Translations under genes and position numbers: made by a program
Notes under the pieces: model-generated
The model's database searches: none
What the model saw: the letters and a program-made list of their open reading frames with translations, nothing else
What the model was told of the DNA's origin: nothing
Origin: Raillietiella orientalis
Lineage: Eukaryota
DNA: 64,000 nt
NCBI GenBank assembly: GCA_036172245.1
Contig: JAYWIR010000002.1
Coordinates: forward strand, 4,154,001-4,218,000
Reading direction: 5' to 3'
Part shown: positions 38,421 through 52,328 of the stretch, in pieces
How positions within the stretch are numbered: the stretch's first letter is position 1
Layout of the letters: the number at the start of each line of letters is the position of its first letter

Positions 38421-41400
38421 ATGTCAGTCGGGTATGATGCAGATCAGTCTTTGGATCACTTGGAAAACATCTGCGTCTTGTTGAACGAGCTGCAGAGATT
38501 GAAGAACGAAAACCTCGTCCTGAGAAGACGGATACGATATTTGGAGGAGCAGGAAACTTGCTCACGGTGTGTTCCTGCCCACGGAAAAGCGCGTGGCATC
38601 CCTACTTGCTTCAACCGCGGTCTGAAGAGGTCTCATTCCGTCAGGAGAACGATACGGAGGAAAAGGCATTTCAAAACCCATGCCGAGATCAGCAGCCTGA
38701 CCGCTAACGTGCTGGACACGTTAGTGCACAGGTGCAACGCCGGGCAACGCACGGGTGAGGTTGGGATAACCCAGGACAAACGGCTTGGCATCAAGCAGGC
38801 GAAGAACACGTTTCCTGCGGCTTCCAGAACGAAAAAGCACAACTCTTCCCAAACTTTATTGTCGATTTCGAACATCCTCGATGATGCCGAGCTGGAATCG
38901 GTTTTTTCCTGCCTGTCATGCAACTCGAGTAACTCTTCGAGTTCCTCCAAGATCTTCCAGGATGGCACCTCTCCAAGTAAGAACATTTTAAATTTAAAGA
39001 TTCTATATTTTGCACCGGCAGCGGGAACCAAAAAAAGAAAACACAAAAAAAAGCGCGCGCGCGTGCGCAAAGGGTTGTGCGCGCGAGTGTATCGTTGCCG
39101 AGTTCGTTCGACCTTTTCCAAATTGCAAGTCTCGAACGAATGTGAGTTTGCTGCTTCCTCAACGTTGGTGTTCCGGTCATAGGCTAAAGAAAGGATGAGA
39201 CACACTGTGTACGAAGTAGATGAGTACAGTGTACCGGGATTCCTCATTGTTGCTTTCCGAACGTTCCCATCTGCTGGTACATCCTTCCTCGATTCTTGCG
39301 CGCACTTTCTGCTCGCGGCGCTTCCATCCCCCCGAGGAGGGAACTTGGTCTCCTGACCCCCGAAAATCCGATTGCAGCTGCTTTCGTAGGCGGTTGAAGT
39401 GCGAAAGAAAAGCTGCGGACACGGAGGCATCCCAGCCGCGCAAAGCAGAACCAGCTCACGGAGCTACCAGGAACCGGCCGTCCCGGCTTGCTGGACAGCA
39501 CGGCGGGTTTCGAACCCTGGATGCTGGAGCTACCAACCAGTCCTCTTCGCTTCACAGTGCGTCCCGTTGGGCCCGTGTTGGCGGCGGTGTGGTTGCCATC
39601 TCCACGCGTGGTCCAAGCGTCGCGGGTTCCGCCCGGAGTAGGGTCGTCACGCCGAGAAACGGGTGCGTCGTGGGTTTCAAGTCCCCATGTGCCACATGGT
39701 TTCGATGAACTCTTTGTCTGTAACTCCCGATTGATATTTGAAGCACCTTGCGCCGCGAACACCCAGGCCGTGTGCCACAGGGCACTTATTGCTCACCTTG
39801 AAGATTTCCCATTGTGAATGTAAACACCCACAAAGCGCTGATAGGTGATGCTGACGTCTCGCCGAATTGCAAGTTGGGTGCGAATTTAGTGAATGTGATA
39901 CTTCCCGAGTTCATGGAATTGCGTTCTGCGAATTTAACAAGCATACGTTGCCATACGTTGTCATGGAGAACGATCCTTGCATTCTCTTAATACATCTGCA
40001 GCCCGGGTCACTTCCGTGTTCCATACGTGACGCGTGCTCAGGTTTCCAACTCGTGGTGTGGACATATCTTGGGTTTTGCTTTCTGCGCACAGAGCTGCTT
40101 GAAGCAAAGTACAATCCTGTTTTGGAATGGTCACGTTTATGAATACAGATTGCGTGAAGTACAATGGTGTGAACCATGCAGTGGAATCGAAACCGGATCG
40201 ACTCGAAGCGAGAAACGTAGCTGCTGATCTATGTGCAAACAATTTTAAGTAAAACTTGCCATGAAGTCATGAGGAACGAGCGGTGAACTCGCCTTGGTAA
40301 TGCTTGAGCATAGGTAAAGCATAGATCTCCGTGTATCAAGGAACCAGAAGAGACGAAACTTGCTGTTTAGAATGAATTGGGAGTAATTAAGTAATTTTCG
40401 AAATTGCATCGATGAAATCCAGTTGCCGCGTCGACACGCCTATGACTTATTTCTTCGTTTGCTGCATTGCGCAACCATCTTCTCAGTCTCTCCTTTCCCT
40501 ACTGCAACTATTCTTCTTTCTGATCGCATTCGGCCCATTTCGGTGTTTCAAACTCTTCATTTCGTGAACCTCATCATTAGCCCTGTTCTCGATAGCTCTC
40601 TTTCCAGTTCCTTTTTACTAGTGAAGTCTCGAGAGGCGGGAGCATCATCAGTTCCACTCTCAGCTCCAGACATTCGTTTGCCTCTGTACCTCTACATACA
40701 TGTAGAGGCAAACGAATTCCAGCCGTTCCCTTCGCTTCCTCTTAACATCTGCCTTACCGTGCCGTGTTTACTGGGGTATCTGTCTGTCACGGCGCTGTCT
40801 CGGCTTCCACTCTCCTACTAACATCTATGTCAATTCGGCGACGCCCATCGTCGAAACAGTGTCTTGATTTTTACTCATGAAGACCATCTTTCCTCTCCGT
40901 TGCTTTGAACAGCAGTCATCTGTTTTTTTTTTTTACGGATTGCCTTGAACCACTATTCTCACTCTTGGAGACTTTGGAAAATATTCAATAAGGTCTGCAT
41001 CCCTCTGTCTTTCTTTCCCGGTCGTCATTCCTCTGAAGGACAAAGTGTCCCCACGAGGAAAGGGTCAAGATGAATCCAGTTTGGGACAGCTCGCTAGCTA
41101 CAGCCAAATTCCCTGTTCCTCATCTAGCTAGCCATCCGTGGAGAAGTGGTTCATGAAAACTCACTTATTGGGCATCACGCAGGCAATAAACAGAAGAGGC
41201 CGTCGAGAGCCTCTCGTGTGCCCTGCTCGGAAGAATGGAGAGGAGCGTTTTGACTGAACAGGAAAGCGTTCTCGCCTCTCTGTTGGTCAGCCACCAGCTC
41301 ATTCAGCTGCCAATTGTGCTGTACATTGTGATTGCATGCGGCTGCCGTTCAGCTTTCTTCCTCCTCCTTCACCCCTCTGTTTCTCACTCTGTTCTTCGTC

Positions 41401-44400
41401 CCATCCCGTAATCTTTGCATCTCTCCACCTTTTCACTGAGTTTGCCGCCTTCGCCCTTTATCTCAGTCTCAGATATACCGGTAGTCATAAAAAAACTACT
41501 CTTTGCGGTGTCTTGGTCGAAAGTCGAAGGTTCCTTCCCCCTCCTACGCCTCAAGCAAACTCAGACTCACTGAACAGAACCGGGCAAGGGAGAGGAAGAA
41601 GAGAGTTTTCCTTTAGATTCTCCTTTCCTTGAATGGTGCATCTTATGCGGATCGTGTCTCTAGAGACACTGGGAAACATAAGGGTCGTTGGAACAGCGTG
41701 GCTTGAGGCGATTTAGACTTTTGAAGACCTTTACAAATCATTGAACGCGACAAATGCGCGGCATTTATACGTCACTGGTGCTGGGTAACCAAAACAATAA
41801 CATACTAACTTCAGATGCCGCATGAATATCTTTAACTGAATATTATCTAACTGATCATTTGTATTTATCTTCAAAATCTGCTACGTTTCTGCGGTTCTTG
41901 TGCTCGTATGACGGAAAGGACCTCCTGTGGAACTTTTGGTGAAACCAATCTCTCACCTGATCAGTGCCAGCCTTTGTGTACTTTCCTAGAATGGCATAAA
42001 AAGGGGAAGGTCAAAGAAGATAAGGGTTTAACCAAGGACCTTGGAAAGGATTCTTACGCCGGGAGATCGAGTAGTCGGCATCACCTTGGAGGAAGGGGGG
42101 AAGGGGGAACACCGTCGTCACTGTTGTCAACGGATTTCTGAAGGCGTAGGATGGGGAAAAGGAAAGTCCTTTTTCCGAGGTCTCGAAAGGTTCGCCTCTA
42201 GATAAGGTCCTCGAAACGCCAAGCTTTCAATGAGGAGCCTGCAGACGTGCGGCTGAACGCTCCGGTTGCATGGTGGAGCTTCCTTTCTCCTGGATCATCG
42301 TGCTTTCTGAACATGAGATCCGTTTGTTTTCCTCTTCCTCGTTCTGCGGCGGTTCTTATCGATGCTTGGGGTGGAGACGCGCGCTCATTCTCGCGTGGTT
42401 TCCTCATACGCGCGGTTCTTTCGAATCAGAGTATTCCCTGACATCTTTTTTTCTCCTCTGCGGAAAAGAAGTTCGGAGTGGGAAGAGGGAAAGAATAAGA
42501 GGAGAGTGGCTCCTAGATTGGGCAGCAGCGAAGCGAAGGCTTTTAACCTTTACCGTTTTTACTCAGATCCTATGAAGACGCATTCGGCGAGAAAGAACGG
42601 CAGCCTCAAGACCACTCCACCTTCTCATGAACAGGAACGAGAGTGCCAGTACGGCCCTCACTCCCTGGACGTGCTACTTTCATTCGTTACTGGACCCGTG
42701 ATCGACAGGAACAGAAAATGCCAGGACAGCAGAGAGAAATCGAGAGTCAACTGGAGCAAGGTGCGGTGCCTCTTCGCCAGGAGGACCAGGAAAACGCTGC
42801 CGAGCAAAAGCAGGAGCCTTGATCGTGCGACCGGCAAGAAGCTGGCAGCATCATTCTGCAGCTACGCCGAGGATTTCGAAGGGCTAGAGAGCCTTTGTCA
42901 TTCCTCTGCAAAATCATCCACGAGATCGGCCAGGAGCGACGTAGACAGTCCCGTGACAAAGCGAAATACCAAGATTCCCAAGAGGCTGCTGACAAGAACT
43001 CATTCCTTAAGCAACATCAGCACTTGCGAGGTAAGACTTACTTTAGAAAGGTGGCTTGGATTCACGTCTCGGGTTTCTTTCCCGGAAAGAAAGGGAATTA
43101 ATGTATCGAAGAGGATGGAGGGAAGGGAGGATCGTGGCGACCTGGCTGATTATTTGCAAATGCTCGGTTTCTAGGATTTTTTTTCGCTTTACATCCTCCC
43201 TCTTTTTCTATTCTGACACAGATAACGTTCTCATCCTCGAGCAGCACTTTTTTTCCGTGTTCACAGTACACTCACCTCCGGGAAACAGTCACCGGGCAAG
43301 AAGATTTTCCGTCACATATCCATAGATAAAACGAAATCTTCGACTTCAGACAGCAAGAAATGAGAAAACTGTTGAAATTCGGGCGAAGGACGGATGCACA
43401 AACACTTTTCACTTATCAGAGCGTTAATTGCATTTTCTTTGATGCTCATACATCAGGGATGTTCCATTTCTCATTTTAACTGTATACAGTGTTCGATTGC
43501 AATGTTTACAGTTATTGTGACGGTTGCAATGTGTATTCAGCGTTTTGTCTTCGGTCCTCTTCGTACTTTATGGTTTAAATCTGATGCTTCTTTTTAGTTA
43601 ATTTCTGGAGAATCCCCGATGGGATCTTTTCGCACTTGTTTATGGCAATCTCTCCTTCAGAAACCCTCCATTACCTCCTTTGCTATTGCCTGTTTCCCAT
43701 TTTTGATATTCCACCTTCTGACGAAAGCTACTATGACGAAGAAGTATATTGTTTCTAGTGGATTGTATTTTAGAATGTTGCTTGTGGGATGAATGCATCC
43801 CTCCCAGGACATCCTTTTTCGTTTTACTTGTAAGGTTTGTTACACTTGCATGTTTCCAGTCGTGTTCTAGGGTGCTACCACTGAGGTTGTTCACTAGCCT
43901 TGTAGTGTCTTTTCACGCGGAGCAATCCTGGTCCGCAAAGTTTCGAGACTAGTGTGTCAGTTGCTTTCCACATTGTAAGTTTGCATGGTCAAAAGAGAAG
44001 TGAATTCTCTAATATGTCTGCTATTAGTTTTGTTTAACAGTTTTGTTTTGTTTCCTTTCTATCATATCTTAAGTGCTGGAGCCGCTCCTCTACGGCAGTG
44101 ATAGCGAATCGAAATTTTTGATCGTGCCAACATTATAAAACCTGGAAAGAATGCAGGTATCGCAGGATGCCATGATGCGTGCGCTTCTAAAGACATCGCA
44201 AAACTTTAGATACCTAATCTATTACAGACATATGTATTCAAGACAACGTGCCACGAGTGGTGTCAATGGGTTTTAGCATGTTTTGATATGTCTTAGTTTT
44301 CCCAGTGCTTCAACGTTGATATTCTTCCAACTGAATCATTCGTTCATGTTCTTTTTTTCGCTTTGCTCCATTGTTTTTGTTTTCCTCCCATACTGCCCTT

Positions 44401-47400
44401 TTTTTGTAGGAGGATCTTCCTCTGATTTGCAGGTGGATCTGATGTATAGATCCTCCTAATGCCAATTGTTCAGAGCTTCCTATTTGCGTGGACTTTTTGG
44501 CTCTTATCCAGTCGATTGTGTGATGGTTCCTAATTGACAGATTATAGTTGAGTTCCTCATCTCAGAGTTCTTGACTTATTGCGATTACCTTTAAATAGCA
44601 TGTTCATATCCTATTTTGCTTGCTTATCCATGTAGGATCAGTTTTCTGCCAGCTGTTTCATATTCTTGTAAGATCTTTGTATAGTCCTTAGCTTTTGCTT
44701 ATCATCTTAGCATATTCTCCATGTATCACTTAAGGCCATTCATGCCAATCTTCTATAAGGCAAATTATATCTTTAATCCGTCTTACTTCTATGGCCACGT
44801 CCACCAAGTCCACCTTGTTCCTTAGATCTTCAAATGCTTTTTACCTTGATTTGGAGTTTCCTTTCTCTCCGGATTAGTTCAGTTTGTGATTTGGTGCATA
44901 AATGATTGTGTATTTCGAAATGCTGATGCAGCTACATTTCGTATCTTTGATAAGAATACCCCATTCCACGCTCTTGCTCTTTTTAGAAGTGAAAGGATGG
45001 ACTCTTATTTTTTTCAGATTTCCATGATGAAAGCTGTGTGTATTTGATCCCATTGTTTCTGTGCGATATCATCACTGGGAAGACAGATTCCCAGTGTCTT
45101 CTTGCATAATGTATGTACTCAGACGGATGCTCTTGGAGTCTATTCCGTTCAGTTCAATTTTTCTATAGTAATTTTGCTAAAAGTTTCGGAGTACACTCCT
45201 CAGTTGGTGTAATATCTTTATTGGCAATCCATATTCCATCCTTTCATTTGCCTTTTGCATGTCTGTGAATGTTGGCACGAGGGATGCCAACATTCACAGA
45301 CATTTCTCATTCATGTTCGTCATTTCAATAAGGACTTGTGTAGCTCTCACACTGTACACGCTTGCAATGAAAATACGATTTTGTTCATCTTGTTTTTTGA
45401 AGTTTTACTATCTGTTTTATGTCCGTGTTTAGAATCGAGATTGCTATCCATTGGGTGACCTTGGTTAGGTCACCCCCTTTTGGTAGCAGTCTCGTTTCTG
45501 CTTTGGCACTGGATTCTGGCAATCGTTTTTGTCTCCTCATCAATTGCTGCATCAGCTTGATGTATATATCGAGGTACAGTCGGGAGTGCTGGATCAGAAA
45601 TGATCAGACCTAACCGCAACGTCTTTCCGCAGTTCTCTGTAAGCTTAATTCATTTCTTGGTCGCACAATTCTCGTGTTAGAATTGACCTTTATTGTAGAA
45701 TATCTAATATGGTTCTTATATTTTTAACTTGGCAACTTGTGTTGTGTTATCCAAGTTTCGTTTCCTGAATAATTTCTCGTAGTACTGACGAAAGATCTCC
45801 AAGATGTTCTCTGTTCGGTTTCCTATTATTCCACTGTGTTCAATCTGGAAAACGTCGGTTGTTGCATTCTTTTCCATTCATTTCCATTCCTATTATTCCA
45901 CTTTGTATCACCTCTTGTTGCTGTCAGTTTGCACATCTCTCCCATACCAGCCAGTACACTTTGTCCATTGTCTAGAACTCCCATTTTTTCTTCCTGAGCT
46001 TTTATTTCTAGTCATTTGGATCTCTACCGTGCTTCCGTAAACAGCTGTATGATTTTTTGTAGTATCCGAGTCCCCTACAAGTATTTCCCATTTTTGTAGC
46101 GTTGATTGAACGAGGTTGTGCATAGGCTTTACAGTGTCCCTGCGGGCATCTCGAAGTTTGTTATTGGTGTGAGGCATCTGTCAACATCGGTTCTTGCGCG
46201 CTCTTGCCGTCGAAACGACGTCTTCGTCAGGTGCAAGTTTCATGACGATTTTTCTTTTTCCTTTCTTTCTTCCTCCCCCCCCCCCCCACTTCGTTTTCTT
46301 TTGTCCATGGTTATTTTCATGCATTGGGTTATGCAACCCAAGTTTTGACTTATCCTATCTGAGAAATTGCCCACATCAATTACAGTACGTGAATGTTCGA
46401 GCTTTCCATCTCTTCATCTATATTCCCTTCTGTGGCAATTCTATAGTTTCCACATGCTTCGCCAAGAACTAAGCTCTGTTTTTCTGATTATGTGTGACGG
46501 TGGAATTCCAGGACCCTGGAGACTGAGGAATTTTCACAACTTGATGCTGAGGAAATGCCCACGAGCTCGAGAGATCCTAAAGCTATGTTCTGCAATTCCA
46601 ATTATGCAAGGAACAGGATTTGGAGACACATAAATTGCAGTTATAAGTAGTTAAATTTGGTCTATTGTGGGTTTTGAAGGATTTTCTTTCATTGTTTGTC
46701 TCTATATTTTTTCAAATTCTGTTTCTCAATAAGCCTCCGCTGACGATCTTTTCATTCCTGTTAATGGCGAGCGTTTGGATGTCTCTTGCCTTAATAATCA
46801 AGTTTTATTTTGTGTGAGAGAAATCTCTCCAACCTCCTCAACCCCTCCGCAAAATGCATGCAGACTGAAAGAATTATTGTGTACAATAATTCTTTCAGCC
46901 TGCATTCCAGCGCGGTTTCCCGGTAGCTTCCATCTAACGTCTTTAGCTCGCTAGCATCGCCTTGCAAGACACATTTGTCGTACACTGCTGCTGATGCTTT
47001 AACTTGTTATAGCAGCTTGTAAGGCTTTAAGGTCCTGAAATCCTTAGTTCATTCAGTGGATCATGATCAAGATTTTCTTCAGAGGTATTTTGGCTTAGTG
47101 TTTGTATGGTGCTAGAATTTGCTTTTTTCCTCCTCTGAGTAAAGAGTTTGTTAGAGGAGATCGACGGCTTTGTTTGAACTTTCCGGATGTGCCCCTCCCT
47201 CCATCGAACCATCTTTCAATCGTAAATAGCTGTGTCTTTTTCTCTCGCAACCATGCTTGATGGTTTTGTTTGTGGGTGGTGCTTTTCTGTTAGAATAGGA
47301 AAATCTATATCAAAGATGGCTCTAGGCACCAATACCGCCTTCGCGAAGGGTGCTATGATTTAGGCAAGGTTAGTTTTAGATTCTTTCGGTACAAGTAGAA

Positions 47401-47804
47401 AAACCCAGAAACAGAAGGCAATGAAATGGGATGGATTTCGTGAAGAATCAGAAAACCCTGATGTCCGTAGTCAGAGGAAGATCTCTCAATTGAAAGCAAG
47501 GCCTCGTTTGAAGGCATCCTCAAAGGCTCCAGTTAGCGGTGGCTGACGATGGCGGAACTGGTTCTATCCACAGACTAAAGATCTCAAATCCGTCCGACCC
47601 CCGCTTTCCCCTTCAACGTCATGTTGTTTGCGACACTCGGGTTGCTGAGCCTGAAGCACACTTCTCAAGCGTTATCTTTTCCCTCTAAAGTCTCATGGCT
47701 TGGTCCATCTTGCTTCTGACTGTGGAGGAACGTCAGAAAAGTTTACAAAGACGATCAAGTCGGAGTACCCGATAGAGAGACATAAAGTTGGGGTATTGAA
47801 AGAG
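38421..47804 (+). CDS. Uncharacterised protein with N-terminal coiled coil; 3' end not resolved
   Basis: Exon 38421-38976 (LDHLENICVLLNELQRLKNENLVLRRRIRYLEE; GTAAG donor) splices in phase to 42567-43030 (GTAAG donor). Weaker phase-compatible exons: 44105-44156, 47380-47531, 47691-47804. Confidence 0.6.
39571..39686 (+). mobile_element. tRNA-headed repeat, copy 7 (intronic)
   Basis: GCCCGTGTTGGCGGCGGTGTGG...GCGTCGCGGGTTC...GCCGAGAAACGGGTGCGTCGTGGGTTTCAAGTCCCC. Confidence 0.75.
43590..44070 (-). mobile_element. L1/Tx1 family B-related 3' fragment
   Basis: LLFDHANLQCGKQLTH*, TLEHDW, NILKYNPL and IPSGIL parallel LLLYHGGDLSGNRIAHW, TLRQDW, NVPRYNPM and IPEGLI of the 27676-29840 element. Confidence 0.65.
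44250..47340 (-). mobile_element. L1/Tx1 family B-related decayed element (endonuclease traces, RT), intronic antisense
   Basis: LLPK.GDLTKVTQWIAISILNTDIK, FTDMQKA, IELNGIDSKSIRL, KRARAWNGVFLSK, SKEQGGLG; weak APE traces (TTYNCN, VDR, NHTAV). Confidence 0.75.
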
Positions 47805-49699
47805 GTGTCTTATTTACTGTTGTACTGGTCACTTTCTCTTATTTCTTTTGCACTCTTGTTTATTACAGTCCACTCCAGTCCTCCAGCTGTTCTTTTCTTC
47901 TCCTTTTCCTACTGAAGGAAGATGTGGCATGGCTCCTCGACAGTTCATACCAGGATGGATAGGCCATTCAGATGCCCTGCTCGTCCACTTGCGCTAGTTC
48001 GTCGTCTCCATTTTCGCCTGCAGCAGAAGACGAAGGCGCGAATCACTCCCACTCACCTGTCTTCCTTCCCTCCATTTGTCCTCTTCCTCTCGCGCCTTTT
48101 AAAACCGAGCGTTTCCTATCCTTCGCCCTCGTCCCCTTGCTCTCGGACTTCTCGGGCGATTCCGGCCGAGGGAAGCACGATCATCGCTTCTGCGCAGGGC
48201 AGCGACGGCACTTCGTAATTCCCCTCGTCTGAGCTTTTTCCTCACCAGGCGCTGGAGCAGAGCGAGTTTGAGTGTGGAGCCAGGAGCAGGAGGTCGAGGT
48301 GGGAGGCTGTCAAGGAGCTCTTCCTTCTCAGGCACGACCTGACCAAGGATTCCGGAGGATCCCATGCGGGGATGGCTGCGGCGGCCATGCACGCAGCCGG
48401 AAACCCTCATGGTGAGAGATGTCCTGGAACGCCTCAGCTTCACCCCCTTTTCTCACTCCCTTCCCCCCTTCCACCCGCCTGAATGCTCGTGAGCATATCT
48501 TCCCTTGACAGAGTAATATTACAGCTCTCCTCTTCCGCCATGTCGACAAAAGCTTCCTGAGGAAAGTCTCCAGCTGGGAGAAGGCAAAGCTGAAAAACAA
48601 GCAGAAGACCCTGTTAAGGGGCAAATCTGCTGCTGTGCGCCGCTTCCGGAATCGAGAGGATCGACTCCTCACCCACGAAGAGGTAAATCGTGTTTTAAGG
48701 GAACCGATGACAGATGTGGGTGTTAAGTTAGTCTCCCTTTTCCTCCTCCTCTTTTCCTTCTTTCTTTCTACCTTCTCCACACCCTCCTTCTATCCCTTAC
48801 CATTCGCTTTGTTTCTCTGTAACACCTCGTCAGAGTCTTGCTTTTCTCTCTTTTTGACTTTCCAGAGCTCTCACCTCTCTGCTCTCCGTCAAGTCCCTTT
48901 TTTCGGGATGAATCGTTCTTCGAAAAGGCTGGGGGCTCAGCAAGTTTCCTTTCCTTGCCGCTTTACACTCTTCGGTCGTGTGTGAATCGAAGCGCTCCTG
49001 CGAGTGGACCTATCCCTTGTAGAAGTTGGCGGCAATGGTGGTGGCCTTGTCGCGTCATAGAGGGAGTCGGCGGAAGTCACATCTCTGCCGCTCCCGGCCT
49101 CCCTCCCACCTCCCACTCTTGCCACCTCACTTTCCTGGTCGATGTCCCGCCCGCTTGTTGTCTCCATCCTTCCAGGATGCTTCCCATTGAATCTCATCGC
49201 CAACCAGAGTTGGGAAGAAAAGGGAGGAACGCTGAGAAGGCAAGCTACACTTCATAACATGAGAAGCTGCAGAAACACTCCGTAACAGAGGACGCGGAGA
49301 CCGTGGCGGCATGAGTGATGTGGAGGTGGCACCCGGAGGGAGGATGGGAAAGGGGTAGAGCGGTTTGAAATGATTTTGAGGCGGAAACAGGAAAATGGGA
49401 AGAATTGAAAAGTACTAAGAATTCCCCTGCAAAGGTAGCATTCTCCCAATTCCTTGCTTTCTTCCTTATCTTCCCATGCTCTCCCTCTTGAGGTACTTTC
49501 TTCCGGAATCCTCACCTCCTCCGCCCAGTCACAAGACCTCCTTTCGCCAGCAGAATCCGCCCGCATTAGATACCGCCGGGACCCACTACCCCTCCTTCTA
49601 CCGGGATGGGTTGGTGGTCATCATGTGTCATTCCTGTTTTCTTTTTTCCTTACCTACCATCACTCCCTGACCCTCTTCCTTCTCAGAGAAAGAAAATAA

Positions 49700-52200
49700 A
49701 AAATGGGATCCAGAAATCACTCAGAATCTCTTCGCCCAATTTTCTCCTCTGTCTTCCTGCCATTGAAAAGGCGAAAGATAAATGCTCCCATGGCTTCGAA
49801 AGGCAGCAGAGCACTACGGGTGACCGCAGCAGCAAGCGTCGTCAGATCATTACTTCGCGCGCGATTCCCCAGTCGACCCGTTCCCTGGATGCGGGAGTTC
49901 TCCAAGGACTGTGGGAATAGGGAGCAAAAACGCTCTTCGAATACTAACCTTCCCAGCTCCTGAATAGAGTGATTGATGACAGACAAGTATGGTTCCACCC
50001 TATTTCCCTACTGCGGATAGCGGTAGGTGCACCTTTGGAGCGCGCAGTGGTGGTAGGTCGGAAGCCACGTGAGCGGCCCTTTCAGATCATGCATCCGCAG
50101 CTCTTTGTGACATCAGTCGAAATGGGAGGAGAGGAAAGAGGAGATTCCTCTTTGGGCAACAGCAACCCACCTTCCTTTCTGCTCTCTTTGGATGGTTGTC
50201 CCAGAGCGCACCAGCAAGCCGAAAGACTGCTAGCGGAATTCTGGGTCGTGTTCCTTCGGAAACGACGCAAGTCTCTCGGTTGCCGTTTCTCGAAACCCTG
50301 GAGACTCCAGTGCTGGAAGGGAACAGGTCGCCACCACTTTCTGGGGCTCTTCGGTCCCTGCTGTAGGGCCATGTCTTTCTGGCCGCCTTGTGGATCGAGG
50401 TTACAGGTGTCGTTTCATCTGGTCTCCCTCTTCACGCTTCCTTGGCTTCAGCAGAAATAGTTCCCTTCCGTGAATGTCGGTTTGTAGCAGCCTCGGCTCC
50501 TCTTGTCCGCTATCAGACATCAACTCATTCGTTTCTCCTCCCTTAGCAGGCATAACAAAGCAGATACATCGGTTTCTTTTGCCGGTAGTCGGCTTTGGTT
50601 TATCTGAGAAGAAAATCATCAGGTCTTACCCTCCTCTTACCCCTTTCCTCGTCACTGTGCTTTTCTCCTAGAAGTTGCCCTCCCCTCTTTCCCTATTCCC
50701 GGACGGTTTCTGCATCTCTTGGGTTTTCTCCCATTTAGGAGGACCAGATGAAGATCGCTTCTGTAACTGAGGGCTATCGGTAGTCCACCCGGGTAGCTGA
50801 CGTCCCTCAGATGTCAGCTACGAATCCCTGTCTCAACACTGAGAATGGCCAGTGGATACACAAAAGAGAGGAGAGGCTCGGAAAGTCCTTTCTGTTCCCT
50901 CCCCCCTCCCTCCACCGGGATCGGCACCTGCCGATCTTTGCACTCCCATGAACATTCACGTTTCCCTCTCCGTTTCTCCAGGTGGGTGCATCCTGCTACT
51001 TGCCGATGTGATCACTGCCCGATAGCTCAGCCCCTGGTGGGAAACCGGGAATGGCGCCGATATTTCAGGAAGACCATTCTGGAACACCCGCGCGCCATAT
51101 GGCCTTGGAGGTCGGCGTTTCTAGCGGAGCTTAGATCCAGAACAGAACGGGCGCTTAGGAAAAAAGGCAGCTGGCCCGGAACTTTCCCTACGCTCACGCA
51201 TGCATGTGGATGCAGGGGATCGGGATCCTTTCCGACCAAGGGTACCCGTCTCCGAACATGTCCTCTGCTCACGCAGACTTCATTCCCGCCTTCTATCCCG
51301 GCCTCCTCTCCTTCCCTGTTTATTTCCACCCTTTTACTCGCGTGCGCCAACTAAAACATTGAAAATGTCAAAAGTGTTCTCCAGCTCTCATCAAAAGCAC
51401 TGCAAAAAAGCAGCACGTGCGTTCAGAAGGAGCCCTTCCTATCCTCCATGATGTGCTGGATAGCTTATATTGCCATTAATCTTTTTCCTTTCCTGGACGA
51501 ACACCAGGAAGCTGTTCACTCTCTATCCGGCAGTAGATGGAGTTTCAACGCATGCAGAAGAAAAAACTCTAACTGAGGGGCAGCTGGCAATGCTGAACCG
51601 CTGCGTGCCCGATCCCTTCTAGTGCCAAGGCATCTAGCCCCGTGAGCCGTCGCTGGAGAAAATCACCAAGTGTTGCTTTCCAGTGACGTCTGCATTGCAC
51701 TGGGCGGTGTCCTATGAGTGCTGTTCTCGCATAGATCGACTGATGTCAAGGAGTCCCTTGTCCACGTGCACTCGAAAAGTATTCTGGCATGTTTTCCATT
51801 TTGCTCTTTCCCGACCGTTTCCCTGGCAGCTGAAATTAGGAATGGAAACGCAGAATTGTTGGTGATTGGCATTCCACACAGCTACTCCAGCACTTTGCTG
51901 TTCTTGCTGAAAAGCCGGGAGCTGCAATGAGCGATGACTCTCCCTCGTTGGGATGCTTGCAAGAAACTCCCCATAACAATCTTCTCTATGAAACGGAATT
52001 TCTCCTTCGAAAAATTCTTGGGCACTTTCGGACGAACTCCGAATCTTCTGTGCTTTCGGACACGTCAGGTTGCTTGGCGGCTCCCAGGATTCGTGCTCAT
52101 GCCCATGACTTCTGGAGACCTGGAGTCCCTGTCTCTCCTTCCATGTCGCGCTCCATAAGTCGATTAGCAAAACCGCACCCTCCCTCATCATTTAGAGAAG
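49700..52200 (-). mobile_element. Heavily decayed L1/Tx1-clade ORF2
   Basis: Correct domain order on the minus strand: APE-like SFLQ and SAGVAVW (about 52000-51870), RT-like traces (about 51300-51000), then WSLQG and LWDNHPKR..LLPKEE (about 50310-50140). Confidence 0.45.
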
Positions 52201-52270
52201 TCCAGGTCCTGGGGAAGGAAACTCTGAACTTCTCTGATTCAGGGAGGTACGTTAGGACAAGATCTTTGTA

Positions 52271-52328
52271 GTTGCCTCGGCGCTATGCATACTAAAATTT
52301 GAACGATACAGAGATAAGATGGTCCCTC
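52271..52328 (+). ncRNA. U6 snRNA 5' fragment (pseudogene)
   Basis: CATACTAAAATTTGAACGATACAGAGA matches U6 ATATACTAAAATTGGAACGATACAGAGA including the ACAGAGA box; the 3' half is missing. Confidence 0.8.
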
